Assembly (NCBI GenBank): GCA_051252375.1
Contig: JBPOFY010000001.1
Coordinates: 32,001-96,000, forward strand
DNA: 64,000 nt
Direction: 5' to 3'
Origin: Opitutaceae bacterium
GTDB taxonomy: Bacteria; Verrucomicrobiota; Verrucomicrobiia; Opitutales; Coraliomargaritaceae
Part shown: piece after piece, positions 8,965 through 18,032 of the stretch
How positions within the stretch are numbered: position 1 is the first letter of the stretch
Layout of the letters: each line of letters opens with the position of its first letter
The notes under the pieces: generated by a model
The model's database searches: none
Told to the model about the DNA's origin: nothing
The model's input: only the letters and a program-made list of their open reading frames with translations
Made by a program: the position numbers and the translations under genes

Positions 8965-9855
8965 TTACAACGCGCGAGCCATAAAGTTCACACGACGGAC
9001 GAATGTCTGCCCATGTTCAACGACCACTTCCTCAACTGTCTCTGGAATTCTATCAATATTCTGCAGCATCTTAATTCCTTGGTCCGAAACGACTGTTAAA
9101 TTAATTTCGGCATAAGCTAGCGGGTATTGCAATCGGGGGTCAGTGGCCTGAATGCCTACAGTCGCATCATCACCTCCGTAAATTGTAGCGGCAGTAGTCG
9201 AGCCATCAGCTACTGAAGTCGAGGTTGCAGTGCTACCATCATCTAATACATGAAAATCGATTTTGAATTCGACGATATTGCTGACCAAATAATTCGAGCC
9301 TTGATCCCCGATAATCGATTCAGTTCCCCATGTGGGATCATCCTTCCCGGGAAGAGTTGCCTGAATGGGATCGCCCATCAAATCGTTAAATGTCGTCTGC
9401 GCATCTACAACAAGGCGGTATAGGACGAAAGTCCGATCAGCACCACTTGCCGTTCCATCAACAGGGTTCACGTAATCGAGCTTATAGGCCACCGCACAAA
9501 TATCGCCAGGTCCATCAGGTCGATCTGTCACTGGGGCAAATAGTCGTAGCGCAACCGTAGCCGATAGCGCACTGGCAGGACCAGTCAATGTGTCATCTTC
9601 AGCCCTGAACCACTCTAGACCGTTATTACGAAAGACCGCAGTTTCCAGGTCTTGAGTAATCAAGTCCATCGCGATACGCGCCTCCGCATTGGCAGAAAGC
9701 CTACCCGAAGATCGGTTCCAGACATTGAGCACCTCACTAGTAATCTGAATGACCAAACCTACCAGGATGATCATAATGACGGTCGCCACCATGATCTCGA
9801 TTAAGGTGAATGCTTTACAGCGTTTTTTTCGACGCGATGGTGATAAATTAATCAT
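8965..9855 (-). CDS. Prepilin-type N-methylation domain protein (Verru_Chthon cassette C-like minor pseudopilin)
   Basis: AFTLIEIMVATVIM class III signal; ANAEARIAMDLITQDL. Confidence 0.8.
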   Translation of the reverse strand: MINLSPSRRKKRCKAFTLIEIMVATVIMIILVGLVIQITSEVLNVWNRSSGRLSANAEARIAMDLITQDLETAVFRNNGLEWFRAEDDTLTGPASALSATVALRLFAPVTDRPDGPGDICAVAYKLDYVNPVDGTASGADRTFVLYRLVVDAQTTFNDLMGDPIQATLPGKDDPTWGTESIIGDQGSNYLVSNIVEFKIDFHVLDDGSTATSTSVADGSTTAATIYGGDDATVGIQATDPRLQYPLAYAEINLTVVSDQGIKMLQNIDRIPETVEEVVVEHGQTFVRRVNFMARAL

Positions 9856-9864
9856 ATCAATAAA

Positions 9865-10560
9865 CTAGCGAACAATCGCGGTGTTATATGTGAAAATAGG
9901 TTCGAAATCTACCAAGTCGGTCAAATTTTTGACCTCACTATATGTTGTGTCCGTTGGTGCAGGTGGCGACTCTACGTAGATACGCACTTCCATAGCAAAG
10001 TAACCCTCCAAGTAATCTTCAAGCACCGCATTTAATTCATAAGTGCCAGTAGATGTGTTTCGATTCTCCGAACGATATTGGTCCGGATCGAGCGTTGGCG
10101 TGGGAATGACTGATGATGGCGTCAATACAACCCGATAAATGGGTCCCGCCGCATTGGTAAAGTCAGTTACTTCCGCAAGAGGATCAATCAAACTGCTACC
10201 AGCGACGGATTCATTCTGATCAAAGCCAACGCTTAGTTGAACCTTCGTCTCAGTCGCGGAGATATACTCCCGAAAAACAAAAACTGTCGCATAATGATCA
10301 GCTGCGACTGCGTTATAAATCACATCAAATCTTGATCCGTTTGGGGCGATCACAGATGAGCCTTGAAGAAAGGCATTGACTGAATTGACCACGGAAGAGA
10401 CCTCATCCGTTTTGGCAACCTTATCAACTGACTGCAACGTAGGTCCGAGTAATCCAACAAGCGCCAATACGGTCACCAAGAAAATACCGATCGCTAAAAC
10501 AACCTCAACTAAACTGAAGCCCTTCGCCCGCTGAGGCGTTCTAGATACTAAATTTCTCAT
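9865..10560 (-). CDS. Prepilin-type protein (Verru_Chthon cassette B-like)
   Basis: GFSLVEVVLAIGIF...LVGLLGP. Confidence 0.8.
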   Translation of the reverse strand: MRNLVSRTPQRAKGFSLVEVVLAIGIFLVTVLALVGLLGPTLQSVDKVAKTDEVSSVVNSVNAFLQGSSVIAPNGSRFDVIYNAVAADHYATVFVFREYISATETKVQLSVGFDQNESVAGSSLIDPLAEVTDFTNAAGPIYRVVLTPSSVIPTPTLDPDQYRSENRNTSTGTYELNAVLEDYLEGYFAMEVRIYVESPPAPTDTTYSEVKNLTDLVDFEPIFTYNTAIVR

Positions 10561-10562
10561 AA

Positions 10563-11243
10563 TTATTTAACAATCTCATCAGGGTTGGAGACTGGTGTCG
10601 TCGTCCCCACACGCCTAAAAATTAAAGCTGCAGCCAAAAACCTTTTACTCTCCTCAATGTTATCAAAATCAATCTCTAGGTTGCCGGCGACATCTGGCTT
10701 GAGCGTATTCGCACGGATGACTAGCCATCCATTATCAAAGTCCGTGGCCATCGTCCCATTACTATTAAACTCGTAATAATAATAGTCCTCACCCGAGCCT
10801 TCAGGTTTCGCCACCGCTAACGGATATTCGAACTTCTCGAAGTTACTCTTGCGCCATTTAGAACCGTTCTCCTCGCTGGTATCTGCGTCGAAATAAATGC
10901 CTTCCGGTAGATAAGTGCCTTGGGTGGCGGCAATCCACGAACCTGGATTATCGTTATCCTCGTAAATGATACCGAAATACCTCAAGTATTTCTCCACGTC
11001 ACGGGTATCCGATTCATCCGCATAGATAATCAGCCGAGTTCGTGCTCCTTTTAGAATGGCCTGCCCACGCGCACCTTGCGCAATACCAGAGACCACCCTT
11101 TGTCCTGAGCTAAGTTTCGCGCCATCGCCGCCATTACCCCCGATAAAGATGATCGAGGATGCAATGAGGATAATACTGATGACAACCAGTAGTTCGATGA
11201 GCGTAAAAGCGCTCTTCCTAGACTTAAGCGTAGAATATCTCAT
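10563..11243 (-). CDS. Prepilin-type protein (GspH/FimT or Verru_Chthon D-like)
   Basis: AFTLIELLVVISII, ARGQAI, YLPEGIYF, EFNSNG. Confidence 0.8.
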   Translation of the reverse strand: MRYSTLKSRKSAFTLIELLVVISIILIASSIIFIGGNGGDGAKLSSGQRVVSGIAQGARGQAILKGARTRLIIYADESDTRDVEKYLRYFGIIYEDNDNPGSWIAATQGTYLPEGIYFDADTSEENGSKWRKSNFEKFEYPLAVAKPEGSGEDYYYYEFNSNGTMATDFDNGWLVIRANTLKPDVAGNLEIDFDNIEESKRFLAAALIFRRVGTTTPVSNPDEIVK

Positions 11244-11251
11244 TTAAAAAA

Positions 11252-11836
11252 TTAGTTCCAAAGGCTGTAGCCTGGATAATCCTCGGTAGACTCAACCCAA
11301 GCAGTCACATCTGTCTTAATTTTACTAGAAGGAGCCGAAGGTGCATCCCCGGTGGGTGCAGGTAAAACAAACCCGTCACCACTGGCATCAATCATCAGCT
11401 TAATATTTACATTATTAAAGCGATCCGCGAGTTGGCTGAGATCCACCTTATCGTCATCATCTAACAGATACTCCGATTCAGAAAAGTTATGAAAAGCCAT
11501 TCGGCGGCGATTACCCACCGCTGCTGCCTCTGAAGCAGAGATTTGAGTGCCATCAGTATTCCGACCTGACAATGTTTGAATAAACAGCGGGGAGTTGGAC
11601 GATAAATCTACCACCTTATCAGCAGCATCCGTCACAAATGGATAGTAACCATACTCGCCCTTAAACATTTGAATGGCGGTGATATAGTTTGATATCTGAG
11701 ACTTGGATGCGGCAATGTTCGCCTGTTTCCTGACCGCGCCCACTGCAGGAATCAATATCCCTGCAAGAATGCCGATGATCGCAATGACCATCAGTAGTTC
11801 GATTAAAGTAAAACCTATATTTTTTCGATTCTTCAT
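11252..11836 (-). CDS. Type II secretion/type IV pilin-like major pseudopilin
   Basis: GFTLIELLMVIAIIGILAGILIP, AIQMFKGEYGYYP. Confidence 0.85.
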   Translation of the reverse strand: MKNRKNIGFTLIELLMVIAIIGILAGILIPAVGAVRKQANIAASKSQISNYITAIQMFKGEYGYYPFVTDAADKVVDLSSNSPLFIQTLSGRNTDGTQISASEAAAVGNRRRMAFHNFSESEYLLDDDDKVDLSQLADRFNNVNIKLMIDASGDGFVLPAPTGDAPSAPSSKIKTDVTAWVESTEDYPGYSLWN

Positions 11837-11839
11837 AAA

Positions 11840-12499
11840 TTATTCTCCTGCAAAAATGATACCTGCAGCGTTCGCCGTATCACGAAAGCCGACATCGATC
11901 ACACCAGTTGTGAGATCAATCTTCGTTTTAATTTCTGCATTGGCTGCATCGCCAGTCGGACCGGTTGAGTATAGATGGAAGCCAAAAACCTCCCAGTCAC
12001 CCGAGCTATTGTCCCATTTATACCAATAAATGTAGGGGTTCCCCCAAGGATCTAACAGATTCGTCGTCTCGTTACCCGTAGACGACGTGGAAAATTTAGT
12101 ATCGTCCAGAAACTTTGGTTTTTTTTCAATCTCGTCCTGATCCGTAATAATCACGGCCTTAATTTCATTTGTAGTATCATTCGGGTTGGGGTCTGCGAGG
12201 ACCAACCTACCTGTAAGCGCATAGAGTAAGGTCTTATTTGTATCTGCCTCACCCTGCTTGTGCCACGGATAGTCGCCATACTGCGATTTAAACTGCTCGA
12301 TGCCTTGAGCAATCGCCGCCAAATCAGCCTTCGCTCTAGCACGGGCTTGGGCGTTCTGCACACCACGGGCGATTCCGAATGTGATTCCCGCAAGAATCAA
12401 AATCACGGCGATCACCATAAGTAATTCAATCAAGGTAAAGCCCTGCTTGCTGGGCGCGCGTGCAGGTCGAACTGGCGTGTTTTTTGCGGGGGAATGCAT
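11840..12499 (-). CDS. GspG-like pseudopilin
   Basis: GFTLIELLMVIAVI, IEQFKSQYGDYP, LLDPWGNPYIY, LYSTGP. Confidence 0.85.
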   Translation of the reverse strand: MHSPAKNTPVRPARAPSKQGFTLIELLMVIAVILILAGITFGIARGVQNAQARARAKADLAAIAQGIEQFKSQYGDYPWHKQGEADTNKTLLYALTGRLVLADPNPNDTTNEIKAVIITDQDEIEKKPKFLDDTKFSTSSTGNETTNLLDPWGNPYIYWYKWDNSSGDWEVFGFHLYSTGPTGDAANAEIKTKIDLTTGVIDVGFRDTANAAGIIFAGE

Positions 12500-12558
12500 G
12501 ATTAAAGGGGGGCAATTATTCTGCTATACTCAATAGAGAAGAAATGGTCGTAATATGG

Positions 12559-12598
12559 CAATATCGTGCTAAAGGCCGACAGTGTCAATACCGTGCTA
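12559..12598 (-). promoter_or_regulatory. 13-bp direct repeat upstream of the pilin operon (candidate operator)
   Basis: CAATATCGTGCTA (12559) and CAATACCGTGCTA (12586); on the minus strand they overlap TTGCCA and TTGACA hexamers. Confidence 0.35.
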
Positions 12599-12646
12599 GA
12601 TCTCCATCGAAAAAGACAGCCTATACCCGCTGCAGGCAATTCCCAA

Positions 12647-13483
12647 TTACACCGTGTATGGCTTCTTAAAAATGGCACCGCTGCGGCGACGCTCGGCGAT
12701 CTTTTCGATTTCGTCCTCGCTCATCGGCTTCGGCAGGCTGGTTTCAGGGTCGATCTTCCATTTTGCCGGCTGAAGATCGTGATCCACGGCCACGCGATAA
12801 TCGAACACGAAGCAATCGCCCTCCCAAAGGCTCTGATCCTTCGGCATCATCTCTATATAGCGTAAAATACCGCCCTTGAGGTGATAAACATTCTTGAAGC
12901 CCTTTTTCTTAAGATAAGCCGTCGAGCGCTCACAGCGGATGCCGCCGGTGCAATACATGGCGATTTTCTTGTCTTTTTGCGAAGCCAGGTGCTCATCCAC
13001 AAATTTGGCAAACTCGGTAAAATCGTCCGTTTTCGGGTTAATGGCGCCCTTAAACTGCCCCACATCGACCTCATAATCATTGCGAGTGTCGATCGTGATC
13101 ACTTCAGGATCTGAAATCAGGTCATTCCATTCTTCCGGCTCAAGGTAGGTGCCCACAGTATCGCGCGGATCGGCCCCCTCTTGGCGAAAAGTCACGATCT
13201 CGGGCTTCTTTTTGACCTTAAACTTCGGAAAAGGATTAAAGTCTGCATATGAATACTTCACCGGCATCTCGGCAAAACGAGGGTCGGACTTCAATAAGGC
13301 AATCGTCGCGTCAATCGCCTCAGGCGTGCCCGCGCAAGTGGAGTTCACGCCTTCATGCGCAAAGATCAGGGTCCCGCGCAGACCATACTTTAAGCCATGA
13401 TCGACCATGCGCTCTGCCCACTCATCGCGATCAGGCAATTCAGTGAAGTGGTAAAACGCAGCTATTTTCCAAGTTTCAGACAT
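12647..13483 (-). CDS. trhO: Rhodanese-domain tRNA U34 hydroxylase (TrhO/YceA family)
   Basis: EGVNST, IDTRNDYEVDVGQFKGA, MYCTGGIRCE, LKGGILRY, GDCFVFDYR. Confidence 0.9.
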   Translation of the reverse strand: MSETWKIAAFYHFTELPDRDEWAERMVDHGLKYGLRGTLIFAHEGVNSTCAGTPEAIDATIALLKSDPRFAEMPVKYSYADFNPFPKFKVKKKPEIVTFRQEGADPRDTVGTYLEPEEWNDLISDPEVITIDTRNDYEVDVGQFKGAINPKTDDFTEFAKFVDEHLASQKDKKIAMYCTGGIRCERSTAYLKKKGFKNVYHLKGGILRYIEMMPKDQSLWEGDCFVFDYRVAVDHDLQPAKWKIDPETSLPKPMSEDEIEKIAERRRSGAIFKKPYTV

Positions 13484-13669
13484 AATGATGGCAATACTAG
13501 TGTAAGAATCGACGAATCAAGGTCTAATTTCATCCTACCAGTTGGCAACATCACTATTTGCACTTATATGAAGATTAAACATAGAATATAAATGCATAAA
13601 TAAAATCAGCGTTAGAGATGAGAGCTTTACATCATGCACGCTCAAAACTACATATAGGGTGTTAGCCTT

Positions 13670-15850
13670 ATGATTAAGTGCCTCAAAATATTAGTGTATG
13701 CCTTCAGCTTGCTGCTTACTCAAGGCGCATACGGCATTGAGCACGTAAAACTGCAACTGAAATGGCTACACCAATTCCAGTTTGCCGGCTACTACGCAGC
13801 AGTGCAGCAAGGCTATTACTCTGAGGTCGGTCTCGAAGTAGAATTAATCGAAGCACATGCAGGAGAAAGTCCCGCTCAAGCCGTGATTGAAGGCGACGCA
13901 GATTACGGAATCGCAACTACCGACATCGTCCGCCTCAGAGCCCAAGGAGAACCCGTAGTCGCGCTCGCAGTCATTTTTCAACATTCACCAATTGCACTGA
14001 TTTCAACCAAAGAAGCAGGCATCAACACCATCCACGACCTGGTCGGCAAACGGGTGATGATACAAGACGGCAGCGCCGACCTAACCGCAATGCTTCAGGC
14101 ACAGCAGATACCGCGAAAATCGATTGAATTCGTCCCGCATGAATTATCCTACGACGCACTCATTAATGGAACCGTCAGCGCATTTTCCGGTTACATCACC
14201 AATGAGCCCTATTCGCTTGAAGCAGAAGGGTTCACTCCTGTCATTTTTAGCCCACAGTCCAGCGGTATTGATTTCTACGGCGATGCACTCTTCACCACCG
14301 AAGAACATATCCGCAAGCACCCGAAACAAGTCGAAGCGTTCCGCTCGGCGAGCCTTAAGGGTTGGGAATTTGCACTAGAACACCCCGACACGGTAATTGA
14401 ATACATCCTCGAAAATTACCCCTCTCGGAAGAGCAAGGAGCAACTACAATTTGAAGCCGAGAAATTGGTAAGTCTGATTCGGCCAGATCTGATCACAATC
14501 GGGCACATGAATCCGACGCGCTGGAAGCATATCGCTGAAATATTAAAAGGCGAAGGTCTGATCAGCGACAAAGTGGATATCGAGCCTATGCTTTATAAAT
14601 ACGAAAAGCCGTTCCCATGGTCATTATTTCTAAAGACTGGCGGCGTTTTACTATTTCTCATCTGCGCCTTGCTAATATTCAGCAGGCGGCAAATTCAAAT
14701 CAAACGTCGCCTAGAAGCTGAAATCCAACGTCGTATAACCAGCGATACGCTGTTAGTAACACGCGACGAGGAATACAAATCCATGTTTGAAGACGCCCCG
14801 CTAGCCTTCATCGTCTGGGACACTTCTCTGAAGATACGCGAATGGAATCATGCCGCTGAATCGTTATTCGGGTGGAGCGCCGATGAAGTCATCGGCAAAG
14901 TTGCCACGGACTTTCTCGTGCCGGAGAGCGCACAGAAGAAAGTCACCCAAGGCAAAGAAATGCTGATGCAAAAAAACGCCAGGGCTCAAGTAAACGAGAA
15001 CTACACTAAGGATGGGCGCGTCATCTGGTGCCAATGGCACAATACTTCGCGCAAAAACATCAACGGTGAAGTCATCGAGTTCCACTCCATCGCAACAGAT
15101 GTTACAGCCGAAGTTTACGCACAAGCCAAACTCGACAAGGAACACGCACAAGCGGTTCACGCAAACCATGCAAAAGACGTGCTCTTAGCGCAAACCAGTC
15201 ACGAGATCCGTAACCCGCTGAATGCGATCATGGGATTCACCCAAATGATTATCGCCGACGCCAAAGATCCCGAAACTAACGAAATGGCACAAATCATCTT
15301 AGACGGCGCCGAAGGGATGCTCAATATACTCAACGATCTACTCGATGCCTCAAAAATCGATGCGGGTAAAATGGAAGTCGAATGGAAGCAGACCGACCTC
15401 ATCAAATGTGTGCAGCAAGAAGCCAAGCTTTTCAGTCAACTATTGAGAAACAAAGGCTTGAATTGCACCCTAACCGTCCCCGATCAGTTGGCCCCCATTC
15501 TTACCGATGAACGGCGCATACTACAAATACTGAACAACTTGATCAACAACGCCGCTAAATTCACCCAGCAAGGCGAAATACGTATCACCCTAGTTGACGA
15601 AAGCCCAACGCATGTCGCCATACGCATTCGTGATACAGGCATCGGGATGGACGACGAGACGCTCTCCCGAATCTTCGAACCCTACGCCCAAGCGAGCCAA
15701 CAAACCAGCAAGGAATTTGGTGGCACTGGTCTCGGACTTTCACTCACCAAAAAACTAGTCGAACTATTACAAGGACAGTTGCGGGCTGAGAGCACACCAG
15801 GCACCGGAAGTCGCTTTATATTGCTCTTACCAAAGCAACCCAAAATATAA
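13670..15850 (+). CDS. Sensor histidine kinase with NMT1/THI5-like periplasmic binding domain, TM and PAS
   Basis: LQLKWLHQFQFAGYYAA, DFYGDALFT; PAS EWNHAAESLFGW; H-box SHEIRNPLN; GGTGLGL. Confidence 0.9.
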   Translation: MIKCLKILVYAFSLLLTQGAYGIEHVKLQLKWLHQFQFAGYYAAVQQGYYSEVGLEVELIEAHAGESPAQAVIEGDADYGIATTDIVRLRAQGEPVVALAVIFQHSPIALISTKEAGINTIHDLVGKRVMIQDGSADLTAMLQAQQIPRKSIEFVPHELSYDALINGTVSAFSGYITNEPYSLEAEGFTPVIFSPQSSGIDFYGDALFTTEEHIRKHPKQVEAFRSASLKGWEFALEHPDTVIEYILENYPSRKSKEQLQFEAEKLVSLIRPDLITIGHMNPTRWKHIAEILKGEGLISDKVDIEPMLYKYEKPFPWSLFLKTGGVLLFLICALLIFSRRQIQIKRRLEAEIQRRITSDTLLVTRDEEYKSMFEDAPLAFIVWDTSLKIREWNHAAESLFGWSADEVIGKVATDFLVPESAQKKVTQGKEMLMQKNARAQVNENYTKDGRVIWCQWHNTSRKNINGEVIEFHSIATDVTAEVYAQAKLDKEHAQAVHANHAKDVLLAQTSHEIRNPLNAIMGFTQMIIADAKDPETNEMAQIILDGAEGMLNILNDLLDASKIDAGKMEVEWKQTDLIKCVQQEAKLFSQLLRNKGLNCTLTVPDQLAPILTDERRILQILNNLINNAAKFTQQGEIRITLVDESPTHVAIRIRDTGIGMDDETLSRIFEPYAQASQQTSKEFGGTGLGLSLTKKLVELLQGQLRAESTPGTGSRFILLLPKQPKI

Positions 15851-16029
15851 ATACGAAACGCGTAGCCGCGATAGTCCCTAGACACTGAGATACATTTAAA
15901 CCTTGTCATCTCGCTTTGACCTGTCAAAGCCCTCCGCCTCACTTATGGGATGGCCTGGAATTATCGGCTGCCTTACAACTAGCTCAAGTATCGGTACACA
16001 TCCGGTCAACGGGCGTATTTATCGATATT

Positions 16030-17712
16030 ATGGACACAACATTTGCTGATCTTGGGCTACGCCCAGAACTCCTTGAAGGTATTCAACGCTTAGGCTTTGA
16101 ATCCCCCTCACCTATTCAGGCGCAGACCGTACCGGTCGCCATGGAAGGCCACGACATTGTCGGCCTCTCTCAAACCGGTTCCGGTAAAACCGCCGCATTC
16201 GGCCTGCCTGCGCTCAACTTGATCGAGATCGACCGCAAGGAGACACAAGTACTCGTGCTCTGCCCGACCCGTGAGCTCGCCGTGCAAGTTTGCGAGGAAA
16301 TCCATCGCCTCGCATCCGCACTTACAGGCCTCGTTGCAGTGCCAGTTTATGGTGGCGCCCCGCTCGACCGCCAAATGCGCGCACTCCGCAACGGTGCACA
16401 CATCGTCGTCGGCACACCGGGCCGCGTCATGGATCACCTTCGCCGCAAGACCCTCCGCACTGACAGCATCCGTCTTTGCATCCTTGACGAAGCCGACCGC
16501 ATGCTCGACATGGGCTTCCGCGAAGACATGGAAGTCATCCTCGGCGACATGCCGGAAGACCGCCAAACCCTTTTCTTCTCTGCTACGATGAATCGCGGCG
16601 TCGAAGGTCTCATCAAAACCTTCAGCAACAAAGCACGCCAAATTTCCATCGAGCGGAAGTCGCTCACCGTCGACACGATTGAGCAAACTTACTACGAAGT
16701 GCGCAATCGCTCGAAGGTCGAAGTGCTTTGCCGTCTGCTCGACGTCGAAACCAACCCGCGCGGCATTGTATTCTGCAACACCAAGCAAATGGTGGAAGAC
16801 GCCACCGAGGCACTCACCGCACGCGGCTATGTCGCCGATCGGATTCACGGCGATATCACTCAAACGAATCGCGAGCGCGTGATTAAACGCTTCAAAGACG
16901 GCAGCGTCGAGCTACTCGTAGCGACCGATGTGGCAGCCCGTGGCCTCGACATCGATGACGTGGATATCGTCTTCAACTTCGACCTCCCGCACGATCCAGA
17001 AGATTACGTCCACCGCATCGGCCGCACCGGCCGTGCCGGACGCTCTGGCAAGTCAGTGACTTTCGTCTATGGCCGCGACATCTATCGCTTAGAAGCAATC
17101 GAGCGCTATACTCGCCAAGTCGTGCGCCGGATGAAAATCCCTACACTTGAAGAAGTGGAAGGTCGCAAAGCAGATAAAGTATTCAACCAAGTGCGTGATC
17201 TCCTCGAAGCAGGCTCCTTTAAGCGTCACGACGAGCTCGTTGATCGCCTCCTTGACGCGGGGCACACGCCAACCGATATCGCCAACGCACTCTTCGACCT
17301 TCTCGGTAAAGAAGAAATCCGTGATGGCGAAAAAATCGCCGAGGACACCGAGCCTTACCACGACACACCTCAAAAAGGTGGCTTCAAAGGCAAAGGTGGA
17401 GGTGGAGGTGGCTACAAAGGTAAACGCGGCGGCGGTGGCGGTGGCTACCAGGGCAATCGCGGTGGAGGCGGCGGTGGCTATCAAGGCAATCGCGGCGGCA
17501 ACGACGGCAACGGCGGTGGCGGCGGTTACCAAGGCAATCGTGGCAACAGCAGCTGGAGCGATGACCGTGGCACCACACCAAAGCGCCCTTTCAAGCAAAA
17601 GAGTAAATTTGGCGGCAACAAAGAAGGCGGCAGTCGCGACTTCAAACCAGCACCACGCCCAGAAGGCAATGGTGGGGGCAAGCCAGCTCGCCGTTTCAAA
17701 AAGCCAGATTAA
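16030..17712 (+). CDS. DEAD-box RNA helicase (DeaD/CshA-like) with Gly-rich C-terminal tail
   Basis: Q motif [40 protein letters not shown]; start at MDTTF. Confidence 0.93.
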   Translation: MDTTFADLGLRPELLEGIQRLGFESPSPIQAQTVPVAMEGHDIVGLSQTGSGKTAAFGLPALNLIEIDRKETQVLVLCPTRELAVQVCEEIHRLASALTGLVAVPVYGGAPLDRQMRALRNGAHIVVGTPGRVMDHLRRKTLRTDSIRLCILDEADRMLDMGFREDMEVILGDMPEDRQTLFFSATMNRGVEGLIKTFSNKARQISIERKSLTVDTIEQTYYEVRNRSKVEVLCRLLDVETNPRGIVFCNTKQMVEDATEALTARGYVADRIHGDITQTNRERVIKRFKDGSVELLVATDVAARGLDIDDVDIVFNFDLPHDPEDYVHRIGRTGRAGRSGKSVTFVYGRDIYRLEAIERYTRQVVRRMKIPTLEEVEGRKADKVFNQVRDLLEAGSFKRHDELVDRLLDAGHTPTDIANALFDLLGKEEIRDGEKIAEDTEPYHDTPQKGGFKGKGGGGGGYKGKRGGGGGGYQGNRGGGGGGYQGNRGGNDGNGGGGGYQGNRGNSSWSDDRGTTPKRPFKQKSKFGGNKEGGSRDFKPAPRPEGNGGGKPARRFKKPD

Positions 17713-17720
17713 TTACAGCG

Positions 17721-17812
17721 GTCAGGTCTCAGCAAACGGGATTCAGAATAGAGACAACTCACTACAAACATTCTGAATCACGCCAGCTGGCAACTACTTG
17801 CTGAGCACTGAC
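17721..17812. other. Long nested inverted repeat directly after the first helicase
   Basis: GTCAG/CTGAC, CTCAGCAA/TTGCTGAG and GATTCAGAAT/ATTCTGAATC arms are nested. Confidence 0.55.
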
Positions 17813-17867
17813 TTCTTGAATAAAGCTTGCTAAACACTCATTTCCCTGTCGTTAAGGCAGACTCTCT

Positions 17868-18030
17868 TCAGGTTTTCCTTCGATTAGCCCACAATTTGGT
17901 GGCGTTTCCCATTGGCAAAAACCTGCCCCGGATCGGTTGATTTTCGATGATCAACCAATCGTGGGAAACGAACTACCAAAAGCATCGAAGCACCCGAGCG
18001 CTCGTCAATGAAGACGTGCGTTCTACCTGA
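17868..18030 (+). promoter_or_regulatory. Highly structured 5' leader of the second DEAD-box helicase (candidate cis-regulatory RNA)
   Basis: Several nested complementary segments closing 2 nt before the ATG; detailed under findings. Confidence 0.55.
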
Positions 18031-18032
18031 TT

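Noticed and set aside
16108..16863. Long antisense ORF (251 aa) and similar ones at 43617..44129, 59265..59831 and 62641..63078
   Set aside because: Shadow frames opposite strongly codon-biased conserved genes; no recognisable motifs
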